Made by a program: the position numbers and the translations under genes. A stretch of DNA of 64,000 nucleotides from a virus (Duplodnaviria > Caudoviricetes): IMG/VR virus record IMGVR_UViG_2840619991_000006, positions 52,160-116,159 of that record. The stretch is one strand, 5' to 3'. Under the pieces are notes generated by a model. It had not been told where the DNA came from. It worked only from the letters and a program-made list of their open reading frames with translations, and did not search any database. Shown one piece after another: positions 18,515 through 28,637 of the stretch (positions within the stretch are counted from its first letter, which is position 1; every line of letters starts with the position of its first letter).

Positions 18515-20068
18515 TTGAGTTCTCCCCTGACGCTGCTGGGCCAGCTTTTGCCTTTGCTTCTATCTGCCCAACGCGCTTGACGACAATTTGCTCCCTTATC
18601 GGGAATCCGTCAAGCTGAGTCCTGCATATAGGTGATGCAGTTTCCGGCTGACGGGTAACAATCTTGCCCCCCTCCTTCCGCTTTCCAGATTGTTTGTAGA
18701 GTCGAACGAAGTTTTTCGGCGCTACGCCCTCGTACTGGAGAAAAAGAACATGGGTTCCCTTTTTATCCTCATTCACTGAGATCGCGTCCTTATGGAGCGT
18801 CAGCGCTAAGCTTTTTGGGTACGGCTCAATGTATATAACACGAGAAATTCCGCTCCCCACAATTAAACGAGCGCATGCGTGGCAGGGAAACGTCGTGCAA
18901 TAAAGCGTTGATCCTACAATTCCAGCTTTATATCCCCGCGCAACCGATAGTATCGCTTCCATTTCTGCATGATTTGCCCTAGAAAACTCAATAAGACCAC
19001 GAATATCTGTCTGCCGCAGGGCCTTCATGACAGCTTCTGCCCCAGCTTTGTCGCGAAGCACTTTGTTATTTTTTAGTGATTTAAAAATGTCCTGATAAAG
19101 CTTGGACTTATGAGCATCATTATGACAGATATGCCCGCCCCATTTGTAGCATCTGTGATCGTCATCTTCCGCCTCGACGGTGTACAAGCCGCCGCCATTA
19201 CGAGGAACGTCATTGGCCCCTTTTCCAATTAACTCTCCAGAGCTGGTAAAAATCGCAGCGCCCACTTGGCGCGATAAACAGGCCGATGATGCGGCTGCGC
19301 TTGCAGCCGTGTACATTGCAGTTTCGTCCTGTGTCGGCGTCTGCACACCCAAGCCAAAAAGAATAGAAAGATAGCGGGTTAATACCACACGCAGCCTGTC
19401 ATCGTTTTCTCGATCATTCCGAACAAAAAAGTCCGCCTGCTCAATGGTATCCCGTACTTTTTGGCCGTGCTCAACTCCTTCTTCTTCATCCGTGCTGAGT
19501 AGGGTCTTCAACTTTACGGCGTCCATTCCCTGCGCGGTCAACCTCGCCTCGCGCACTTCGGGGGCGCAAAAACCCCAAACACCCATGCTGTTTCGCCATA
19601 CACGTCTCGGAGTAGCTTTACTTCTGCTGGGTTCTTGAGCGAATCGATAATGTGCACATGTCGACGCGGGATTGGCACGAGCGAGTCGCCGTGCTGCTCG
19701 TATCCTCCGCGCTCACGCCGGTCGATAGCGATTCGCTCGACACATTTTTCTGCAAGAAAGGCTTCAGAGACTTGCTCACGCAACTTTGTTCCGATCGCTT
19801 GAAGCCGCTCAATTCGCTTCTCGCCGTCAAGATGCGCAGCATACCGCTCCCCAACAACGGGAGCGGATTCTTTAATCAACTCACTGACCCTGATATAAGT
19901 TGTGCTATAGTTGTAAGTTCGCTCAAATATTTCCTTTAGAATAAGAGCAGTTGTAGTTACGCCAGAGCCAGCAGGGCCAACGAAGGCAATCACCAACTCA
20001 TCAGTATACCTCTGATCAAGATTGGCAACATCTTCTTGTTGTTCAGTAGAGTGGAACAACGTCCGCAC
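18504..20068 (-). CDS. Anti-phage dCTP/deoxycytidylate deaminase (P-loop kinase + CDA domain; AvcD-like), split by one frameshift near 19560
   Basis: N-terminal GPAGSG and IIDSLKNPAEV; C-terminal SACLSRQVGA, HAEMEA, FPCHAC, YIEPYPKS; one extra C in the run at 19560-19564 joins the two ORFs. Confidence 0.88.
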
Positions 20069-20302
20069 GACAGCCCCGCCATGACGACCCCATAAGAAGT
20101 TTCATTATGTGTTCCAGCATAGTAGCAGGAATTATATTCCACGATTCCAAGATACAGTTAACAGCCGGTGAACCTGCTGCATGAGTCAAAATACCAGTAT
20201 CCTGATGCCCCCCTCACACCAACCCCAGCGCGATAGCCGTCCGCGTGTCCACCCGCCCGGTGACCGGCAGCCTGTGCCCACTGCAGAACGCGCAGCAGCC
20301 CT

Positions 20303-20812
20303 TCATCCGTTCCGAACCAGAAGAGCCTCATAGCGCCGGACGGTCTCGCGCATTTCCTCCAGGATCTGGCGTTGATCTTCGTTCGCCGCCCGTATGCGTT
20401 CTGCATCAGCGCGGGCTTGCTCGGCATGAAGTCGGGCCTCCTCGGCCAGAAGCCGGGTCGCCTCGTGGAGCAGTCGGGCATCTTCCTCAGCGCGGCGCGA
20501 CTCCTCCGCCGCCCGTCTGGCCATTTCAGCGGACCGGCGGAATTCTTCGTCCAAGATGCGCAATTCCTCGGCCTCCTGCCTTTGCGCCTCCCCGGTGATC
20601 CGCCCCTCCTCGGCCATGAGCCGTGCGCCCTCGGCCTCCACATGCTGCTGGAATGCCGCGTTGCGCTCCTCTTCGGCTACCTCACGTTTCCGTTCGGCAT
20701 CCGCTCGGGCATCTTCTGCTCTGCCGCGCCCCGCTTCGCTACGCCGTCGCCAAGCTTCGGCATCAGCGCCGAGGAGCGCACTACGGTTCACCTGATGGTC
20801 CGTCTGGGTCAT
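20303..20812 (-). CDS. Coiled-coil hypothetical protein
   Basis: E/R/A-rich heptad pattern. Confidence 0.55.
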   Translation of the reverse strand: MTQTDHQVNRSALLGADAEAWRRRSEAGRGRAEDARADAERKREVAEEERNAAFQQHVEAEGARLMAEEGRITGEAQRQEAEELRILDEEFRRSAEMARRAAEESRRAEEDARLLHEATRLLAEEARLHAEQARADAERIRAANEDQRQILEEMRETVRRYEALLVRNG

Positions 20813-20963
20813 GGGGCTTCCCCTGTGTTAGGCGGCGAGACGCTTTCAACACGCGCTCGGCAGAGCGCAGGCGCTCATAGGCCTGGTCCAGGAGGCGCCG
20901 CCTCCGTTCCAGCACCGTACGGACCTTCGCTTGCAAAGTCTCAATCCGCGTCAGGGTGTCCAT
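20781..20963 (-). CDS. Small hypothetical protein
   Basis: ATG 20963 after AAAGGTG; MDTLTRIETLQAKV. Confidence 0.4.
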   Translation of the reverse strand: MDTLTRIETLQAKVRTVLERRRRLLDQAYERLRSAERVLKASRRLTQGKPHDPDGPSGEP

Positions 20964-21244
20964 TACACCTTTAACAGGCGGCTCAGACAACCCGCCCAAC
21001 ATGCCGAGCGAAAATGATAGGAGAGCCAGTGAAGGAAAAATGCAATCACGACGCCCGGAAAGGGGGCCTAGGGCGCCGTGATTGCCGGAGTTACAGGGAG
21101 GAAAACATCGTCCAGGAGCAAGCACGTTCGGTGACGTGCAGTCGATTAACATGCTGACAACGTGTTGATGCGCTGGTTCGCAAGGCATACCGCGCCTGGG
21201 TAGTTATCCGGCTGCTCAAGTCTCCCGTACCCGCCGCCCTACGA

Positions 21245-21715
21245 TCAAACTGCCTCGAACAGCTTCGCCTCCGCCGCTCGACGCTTCTTCAGCCCCTCCA
21301 ACTCAACCTTCTCGCCGTTGACCGTGGCGTAGACCCAGCGGCCGAACTGCCCGGCAGCCCCAGTATAGTCCCGCTGGTTCAGCAGGCGCAGCAGCGTGGA
21401 ATCCCGCAGCGCGCCGGCCCCCAGGTTGAAGACGAAGCTCGCCAGGGCGCCGCGTTGCCGATCGGTCAGCGGGACCGTCACCAGCTTGTCGACATCGCGA
21501 GCGGCCTCGGCCATGTCGGCGCGCAGGTAGACCTCGGCCTGGAGGCCGTTGATGGTCTGGCCCATCCGAACCCCAGCGGTGTGGCCGTAGCCGATGGTCG
21601 GCACGCCCGCGGGGCACAGGTAGGCTTTCAGGTACAGGCCTTCGAAGTGACGGACGAGGGCCAGGGCGTCGTCGTGGATTTCGCGCGGGATCGCCGCGCC
21701 GGCGGGCGTGGTCAT
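21245..21715 (-). CDS. Endolysin, GH24 phage lysozyme
   Basis: FEGLYLKAYLCPAGVPTIGYGHT; GLKKRRAAE. Confidence 0.95.
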   Translation of the reverse strand: MTTPAGAAIPREIHDDALALVRHFEGLYLKAYLCPAGVPTIGYGHTAGVRMGQTINGLQAEVYLRADMAEAARDVDKLVTVPLTDRQRGALASFVFNLGAGALRDSTLLRLLNQRDYTGAAGQFGRWVYATVNGEKVELEGLKKRRAAEAKLFEAV

Positions 21716-21762
21716 GGGTTGCTCCGTGATGGTGGGATTTATGCGTTACGGTAACGCGAAAA

Positions 21763-21939
21763 TCAGGACCGCCCCGGCGACCCGAGCCGGGGATAGCCGC
21801 TGCTGATCGACCGGGCGGCGGCGATGAGCTGGTGCGCCAGTAGCAGGCGGGCGGCGGCCTCGTTCCCACCGCAGTCGGCCAGGGCCTTGTCGGCGACCTG
21901 CTGGGCGTCGGGCGGCGCGGGGTCAGGCCGGGACTGCAT
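21763..21939 (-). CDS. Small hypothetical protein
   Basis: ORF between the lysozyme and the membrane protein. Confidence 0.35.
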   Translation of the reverse strand: MQSRPDPAPPDAQQVADKALADCGGNEAAARLLLAHQLIAAARSISSGYPRLGSPGRS

Positions 21940-22423
21940 CGGGTTCGGCCCGGTAGATCGCGCGCACCGCGGCGACATCGATGTTGGCAGCTTCGAGACG
22001 GTCCAGCAGCACGCCGACGATGCGGCGGGATTCCTCTTCAGAGTGCTCCAGCACCGACACCTTGCCGGTCAAGGTCTCGACTTCGGCGCGCAGGGCCGTG
22101 TTCTCCCGGCGAAGCGCCTCCTCTCGCTGGGTCGGGCCTCCACGGATCGTTGCAACGGCGTCCGCCAGCGGGCGGGCCACCCGAGGAAGATGCTGGAGCC
22201 CAGCCATGATGACGATGACGAAAGCCCCCAGCGTCGCCAGGAAGGCCAAGGCCAGGACGCCCAAGAGCGCATAGACGGCAGGCCCTCCCTGCTCCAGCAT
22301 GTCGGCCAGCCGGTCCAGAGAACTGGCGAGTTGGTCCGGGGCCGGGGGATCGGACGCAGCCAGAGCCGCCCCGGCGGTGAGCGCACCGGCCAGGACGTAA
22401 ACGATCAAGCGAAGGGTGGGCAT
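21923..22423 (-). CDS. Membrane protein with C-terminal coiled coil (holin/antiholin-like)
   Basis: Signal/TM segments then coiled coil; upstream of endolysin. Confidence 0.55.
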   Translation of the reverse strand: MPTLRLIVYVLAGALTAGAALAASDPPAPDQLASSLDRLADMLEQGGPAVYALLGVLALAFLATLGAFVIVIMAGLQHLPRVARPLADAVATIRGGPTQREEALRRENTALRAEVETLTGKVSVLEHSEEESRRIVGVLLDRLEAANIDVAAVRAIYRAEPDAVPA

Positions 22424-22525
22424 GCTGCCTCCGTTGTGCCCCGGCGCCGGGTGGCGCACGGGCATGAAAAAGGCCGCTCGCGGCGGCCGGGATCGTGGGC
22501 GGGTTGGGAGTCTTGTCGCGGGCGA

Positions 22526-23215
22526 TCAGGCCCGGAGGTGAGTGCAGGCTTGATAGACCTGAACGGCGGTTTCGGCGGCTTCGACGGCCACCAGCGCGCC
22601 GCGACGGCGTCCTTCCAGGTCGGCGTTTGTTGCCGTCCAGGCTGCGGCTGTGGCTCGGACCAGCGCGGCCACATCGTCCAGGGTGGAGCCGGTAGCGGCT
22701 GCTTCCGCCTCCAAGTAGGGGAACGGGCCGCTGTCTCCCGCAGCGTGGCGCTCCGCCTCGTCCTGCTTTTCGAGGTAGGTCGCGCTCTGGCCGGTAGTGA
22801 CGGTGATGTGCACGGCGCGCAGCTCGCCGACGCGGGCGTTGATGAGGTCAACCGCGGCGACCTTCAGGGCGGCGAGCGGCACCACGGGCGGGGCCGGCGG
22901 CTCCGGGATCACCTCGCGTTCGGCGATGACGTTGCCCTGCGCGTCGTGGTCCCGGACAATGATCGGGCGGGCCGGCGGGAGGGCGGCAACGGCGAGCGCC
23001 CGGACCTCGGCATTCCCGGCCAACACCGCCTCGATCTCCTCCGGCGCCGCGTCGAACACGTCCAGCGCCGGTGCCGGGCAGCGCGCACCGAAGACAGCGG
23101 GCTCCATCTCGCCGCCGGTCTCCGGGTCCAACACCGCCGTCACGATCTTGACCCACTGCCACCGGTACAGCAGGCGCCCGCCCCGGTAGCTGTCTGGCAT
23201 CTGGTCAGGCTGCAT
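22526..23215 (-). CDS. Tail fibre assembly / chaperone-like protein
   Basis: GQSATYLEKQDEA..PFPYLEAEA pattern; directly after the tail fibre. Confidence 0.6.
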   Translation of the reverse strand: MQPDQMPDSYRGGRLLYRWQWVKIVTAVLDPETGGEMEPAVFGARCPAPALDVFDAAPEEIEAVLAGNAEVRALAVAALPPARPIIVRDHDAQGNVIAEREVIPEPPAPPVVPLAALKVAAVDLINARVGELRAVHITVTTGQSATYLEKQDEAERHAAGDSGPFPYLEAEAAATGSTLDDVAALVRATAAAWTATNADLEGRRRGALVAVEAAETAVQVYQACTHLRA

Positions 23216-26172
23216 AGCTGGTCTCCTCGCTGGTGCGGTTCACGGTGATGCTGGCGGTCCAGGCGATGCGCTTGCTCGCCACGCCGGTCACCCTGACGCT
23301 CACGGTCTGGGCGGTCGTGTCGACGGCCAGCGTCGCGTCGGCGGTGCTGGTCACCTCCGTGTCCGTGCCGATGGTCTGGACGGCGCCCTGGAGCGTGACG
23401 TTGCCGCCGGCGTCCCGGTAATAGGTCGCGCGCCGGACGTAGCTGAGCCGTTCCGTGTCCGCGGCGCCGACGACGCGCCCGATGATCCGCGCCTCCACCA
23501 GCACCGTCTCCCGCTCGCCGACGAAGACGCGCGGCGCCAGATCAAGCGGGGTCGCATCGGTGGTGACACCGCTTGATCTGGCGCCGGCGCCGACCGGGCG
23601 CGGGCCGCTGGACAGGATCGCCTCCTTGCCGGGCAGCGCGTCAATCAGCGCCGCCGCCTGCGTCGCGGTCCCGAGCAGCAGCGTGCCGCCGCAGAGCGAG
23701 CCCGCCTTGTGGTTGTTGCTGGTGGCGGAGGTGATGGTTGCGCTGGTGTGGAAGGCGATGCGCGCAAGCCCTCGGAAGATGTTGCTACCCGCCGACGTGG
23801 AGGCCAGCAGCCGGTCGGTGAGGGGCAGCGAGAGAGAGCGGCGATACCGGGGCCACCGGCCAGGAAGATCGGCATGCCGGCCAGGACCGTGCGCGTGTCG
23901 GCGGCGGAGCGGCGGATTTGCGCGGGCGACATCTCCGACGCCGTGATCCGCAGCATGGCGATGGCGCAGGTGGTCGCCGGGTTGGCGCCCTGCTGGTCCA
24001 GGCCGACACGAAGCGTCGCGGCGGCATTGTCCAGGGAGCCCAGCGACCCGAGCGCCGCTGTGGCGACCAGTTCGCCATCCACCCAGATTTCCAGGCGTGT
24101 CAGCGAGCGGTTGAGCACCGGCACCACCTCGCGGCGGGCACCGTCACGGTACGTCGCCGTCGTCGTGGCCGAGACGGTGTTGGTCCCATCCGACGCCACC
24201 AGTTGGAGCGCGCCGCCAGCCGTCAGCAGCAGCCGCCAGCGGGCACCCGTGGACGTGCTGTCGCGGGACACCAGCGTTTCGGTACCAGACCCTTCACCCG
24301 CCCGGAAGACGAGAGGCATGGACAGCGGCCCGGACCCAAATTGCAGGCGGGCGCTGAACGGCTGCTCCAGCCAAGCCGTCGTAGCAAAGCCCGACCACTC
24401 GACCATCCCGCCCGCTGCGATGGCCGCGCGCATCAGCGGCGTGGTGCCCATGACCGCAACGGGCACCACGTTGTAGCTGCGGTCGACGGAGCAAGGGCGA
24501 ATCGAGAGATTGTCGAATTCGGCGTACTGGCCCGTGCTGCCGACCGTGGGGCGCGCCTGGAGCTGAATGGTGATAACCGCTGCCGCCGCGGTGAACTGCA
24601 CCTCCCGCACGGTATCGGAGGACGAAGAAGTCACCCAATCGACCGGCGCCCTCCATCCGTGCCCCAAATTCGGATCGCGCAGCTCGTCGCGGTCCCGCGG
24701 TTTTCGGTGCCGGTAATGCGATAGGTCTGCCCAGGCACAACGGGAATATCCTGACCAGCAACCACCCAGGCATCACTGGAGGAGGCCACACGCAGTTTTC
24801 CCGCGACCGCCGATAGGCTCGCACCAGTTCCTTGCGTCCAATTTGCGGTGCCGAGATCAAACGTGCCATTCAGCACCATCTCCGCCCCGCTGACACTGCC
24901 CGTTGCGGCATCGCACAGCGCAGCCAGCCGGATGTCTCCCGGCAACCACCCCGTGGCGAAGGAAGTAGCGACATGGGCGATCAGCCCGTTTGCCGGGTTG
25001 GCTTCGTCCTCGACCAGCAGGGAAACGCCCGTGCTGGTGCCCAGAGCGCCGGGTGCGACCGCTGTCGCCGTGCCACCAATGTGCGCCAGCAGCTTCGTGC
25101 CCGCGCCGTTGTTGTAATAGCCCTGCCGCCACGCAGCGCGGTCCACGCTGGCGTACGGCAGCGCCCCGACTTCAAACCGCTGGTCGGAGCCCGCGAGAAA
25201 CGCGCAGAGGCGGCCCGAGCCAAAGAAGGCGGCCCCCGTGTAAGCCCCGCCGGTAATGCTCACCACCTGACCGGTGGGGTGGATCACCGACACGCCACCC
25301 GTGGTCGCCACCGCGACGGTGGGGATCGGCATACCGGCGGCATCCAAAGGAGCGCCGGGATAGACGTGAGCGCGCACGTTGTTGATGCCCGTTGCGGGCA
25401 GCGCGGCGGCGGCATTGACCGGCCCCTCACCCAATACCGCATTGCGCTGGGCGATGGGACCCAGCTTGCGGCGGCGGCCACCATTGTCGAGCCGGTCGCA
25501 CCAGTCGCCGGTCAGGCTGATGATGTGCAAGCCCATGCCGGTGGCGACGAAAATGTACCCGTTGCGGGCGTGCACGCTGGTGATTGGAAGGGTGGAGCCG
25601 CAGGAGATGAGGCCATTTCCCGCTGCATTGGTGCTCGCCCACAGGCGGGGCACCCCTGCGGGGTCCAGGTCCAACAGGTCGAAAACGAGGAGGCGGGTTT
25701 GGGTCGCGACGATACCGGCAATTATCGGAAAGTCACGCTTCACCCCGCGGTATGCGACATTGAGCGCCTCATTCCACCAGCTCGCGCCCGAGCACCTTCC
25801 GGGCTCGTTCCAGCGCCGGCCATCCGCCGTCAAGTCGTCCAGGCGGGTGTCGTAAACGAAACCGTCCACGATGTCCGTTGCCGTCACCATCGCCTTGTCC
25901 ACCGCCGGGAAGGCGAGCGCCGACGTGCTGCCGGCGGTGATCTGCGCCACCAGAGCTTGGCAGAGCTGAAGAATGGTCGCCACGGACGCCTGGGCGGCGA
26001 GGAAATTGGCCTGCGACAGGTAGACGGCCATGTCGTCCAGGCCCTGGGCGATCAGCCCCAGCGCCCGCGGGAAGTTGGCCTCCATGCCGCCGGGGCCATC
26101 CAAGCCGCCGGGGTTGGTGCTGCCGTTGTAGATGTCGCCGTTGATGGCGCGCAGGTCGCTCTGCGTCGTCAT
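23205..26172 (-). CDS. Tail fibre / receptor-binding protein with carbohydrate-binding and LamG-like domains (two apparent frameshifts)
   Basis: Three ORF pieces join with single-base additions at 24649-24651 and 23822-23825; NGTFDLGTANW CBM-like and LEIWVDG LamG-like segments. Confidence 0.72.
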
Positions 26173-27059
26173 GTGGTGATCTCCTCAAGCGAGGTGCTGG
26201 AACTGGTGTAGGAGGAGGCGAACCAGCGGTTGGTGTGGTCGGCGCGCCGCTGGAAGAGGCCGCCGTAGCGGAAGCAGGCCGCCGGGTCGTCGATGTTGGG
26301 GAGCCAGACCACCGGTTTGTGGAAGTCCACGCGCCGGGCCAGATCGAACAGGCTGTCGCGCATCTGCCTGTCATTGACCTGCCGAGGCACCGTCACCGTG
26401 CGGTAGCCGGTGCCCGGCTCGACCGCGACGCCGCCGCCGGGGAAGCGCGTCACCTCGTCGGTCGCGACGTATCCGTCCTCTGCGTCGAGGGAGCGCCAGA
26501 ACTGGAGGCTGTCGGAGATCCAGCCATAGCCCAGGCTGTAGGCGTCCGCGTCGGTCCCGTCCGGCTGATAGGCGGCCCCGTAGAAGGTCCAGCGGGCGCT
26601 GCCGACCCGGCAGTAGGGCACCACAACATGAATGTTCGTCGGGTAGAGTGCGAAGTCTTCCGCCGGCAGATCGCCGCGGAACAGGTTGCTATCGCCCCAT
26701 CTGAGCTGCCGCCAATCCAGCAGAGACGGCACCACCGCCCGGTCCCGGCCCGTCGTCGGGTTCCGTGTGTCGAACAGAAGGCTCGTGAACGTGGTCGAGG
26801 CGAACAGCTCCAGCCGGTAACGTGCGGCCTGCCGCAGATTGATGCGGAAGAAACCTGCGTAGGTGCAGGCGTAGCGCTCCGTGAACGCCGCCTGGATCAC
26901 CACGGGATTGGCCGCGGTCCCGAGCCGCGTCGACACCGCCGCGGTCAGCAAGGGCAGCGACTGGCAGGACACCAGCGGCGAGTTCGGCGACCAATCGGCA
27001 TTGCTGGCCAGCGTCGCAGCCGGCCAGCGGTTGCGATCTGCAAGGAGTCCAAAGCCCAT
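26169..27059 (-). CDS. Phage tail protein
   Basis: Position between hub and fibre; coupled ATGA overlap. Confidence 0.6.
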   Translation of the reverse strand: MGFGLLADRNRWPAATLASNADWSPNSPLVSCQSLPLLTAAVSTRLGTAANPVVIQAAFTERYACTYAGFFRINLRQAARYRLELFASTTFTSLLFDTRNPTTGRDRAVVPSLLDWRQLRWGDSNLFRGDLPAEDFALYPTNIHVVVPYCRVGSARWTFYGAAYQPDGTDADAYSLGYGWISDSLQFWRSLDAEDGYVATDEVTRFPGGGVAVEPGTGYRTVTVPRQVNDRQMRDSLFDLARRVDFHKPVVWLPNIDDPAACFRYGGLFQRRADHTNRWFASSYTSSSTSLEEITT

Positions 27060-27062
27060 CGG

Positions 27063-28637
27063 CTACTCCCGGACGACGAGGGTGGGGATTTTCGAGCGGG
27101 CGTTGTTGATCCGCCCGATGACCGTGACGAGGTGCCCGTCCTCATAGCCGGCCAGATCATCGAAGACCTGCAGGACGGCCCGCCGGTCGATGCCGGGGGC
27201 GCCGTCTTGCGCGACCAGATCATAGACGCGCCGGACCTGCTTCATGTCGGCCAGAAACTCCGCCTGCTCGGCGGTCGCCTGCGCACGGTCCCACAGCAGC
27301 GTTTCGACCGTGGGCGACCGAGCGCCGGGATAGGCCGCCGCGGTCGAGGCATCGGTGCTGGTCACCTCGCGCCACAGCGCCTTGTGCAGTTGGGTGTCCG
27401 CTTCGGTCGCTTCGGTGACGATGGTCTGCGTCACCTTCGGCAGCCCGGCATACCGCAGGGTCACCGTCTTCGCTGGCAGGCCCCGGCTATCTGTGCTGCG
27501 CGGCGTCAGGCCGGGCGTGTTGACCCCGCGCCGGTAGGTCCGGGCAGCCGGCGCCGCGGGGGCGAGCAGCCGGCCGACCGTCAGCAGGTCCCCGGCCGTC
27601 ACGATCCAGTAGCCCCGCGCCAGTGAGCCGAGCAGCTTGTCCAGCGCCTCCCGCAGGGTCGGGCTGGAGCCGGTCGGGATCGCATAGCCGACCTCGCGCG
27701 GCAGGGCGTCCAGCGTCGCAACCGACCCTGTGTCCATCCGGGCGAGCGGCACCTTGCCTGAGACGGTCACCGCGAGGTGCTGGGCCAGTTCGCCGACGTA
27801 TCGGCGCCAAACGCCGCCGGTCTTGTCACCCTTCACCTCGCACAGGATCTCCGGCGGGCGGCTGGCCGTGACGATGATCCCGGTTGCTGGGTCCACCTTG
27901 AACTCGTTGCTCGCGGGCGTTCCGGTCGCGCGAGGGTCCATCCGAAATCCACGGTCCCATAGGTTGGGCACGCCATCGATGGGGTGCTCGCCGTTGACGC
28001 TCCAGTGGTACAGCCCGCCGATGATGCCGAGATAGGTGGGCTCCATGTAGCAGTGACCAAACGCCCGCTCCTTCGTCCGGTCGGCCAGGGATTCACCATC
28101 CCCGGTTCCGTATTTCTCGGTCAGCAGGGGATCGTCAAAGTCGGCTTCCCGCCCTCGCACCGACAGGTTGATGGTGCTGCGCTTGGAGTCCGGGTCCGGC
28201 ATCTCCATGGTGACGCGGGTCACCACCTGGGCAGTGCTGTAGGGCGCCCCCTCCTCGATGACCTTTTCCGTCAGCGGCCAGCCCGCCAAGGCATAGTCGG
28301 TCAGCAGCGGGTTGAGCGGCCGGGGCGGGAGCGTGACGGTGACCCAAGCATCCGCCGTCACATCATAGACCCGGGCCAGCCGGCTCCCCTGCCAATCGCG
28401 GGCGTTGTCCAGTTCGACGCTGCCGAAGGAAACCTTCGTGGCGCCCATCGTCTCGCCCAGGCTCGCGATGGACAGCGACACGTCGGATGGCTTGCCGACC
28501 AGGGGCAGCCAGGGCAGCGAGGCCGGCGTGTCACCGGGGCCGGACCGGTAGCCGGGCTTGGTCGCCAGGAACCAACGGTGGGTGTGGCCGGACGCCAAAT
28601 GATAGGCGTCCAGCTCGATCAGGTGGATTGTGCTCAT
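27063..28637 (-). CDS. Phage tail tip / baseplate hub protein
   Basis: Follows the tape measure; KERAFGHC motif. Confidence 0.62.
   Translation of the reverse strand: MSTIHLIELDAYHLASGHTHRWFLATKPGYRSGPGDTPASLPWLPLVGKPSDVSLSIASLGETMGATKVSFGSVELDNARDWQGSRLARVYDVTADAWVTVTLPPRPLNPLLTDYALAGWPLTEKVIEEGAPYSTAQVVTRVTMEMPDPDSKRSTINLSVRGREADFDDPLLTEKYGTGDGESLADRTKERAFGHCYMEPTYLGIIGGLYHWSVNGEHPIDGVPNLWDRGFRMDPRATGTPASNEFKVDPATGIIVTASRPPEILCEVKGDKTGGVWRRYVGELAQHLAVTVSGKVPLARMDTGSVATLDALPREVGYAIPTGSSPTLREALDKLLGSLARGYWIVTAGDLLTVGRLLAPAAPAARTYRRGVNTPGLTPRSTDSRGLPAKTVTLRYAGLPKVTQTIVTEATEADTQLHKALWREVTSTDASTAAAYPGARSPTVETLLWDRAQATAEQAEFLADMKQVRRVYDLVAQDGAPGIDRRAVLQVFDDLAGYEDGHLVTVIGRINNARSKIPTLVVRE

Noticed and set aside
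23205-26172. Phase-variable or pseudogenised tail fibre, or DGR target
   Set aside because: Breaks are in short 3-4 nt runs like the other errors; no reverse transcriptase, invertase or template repeat seen
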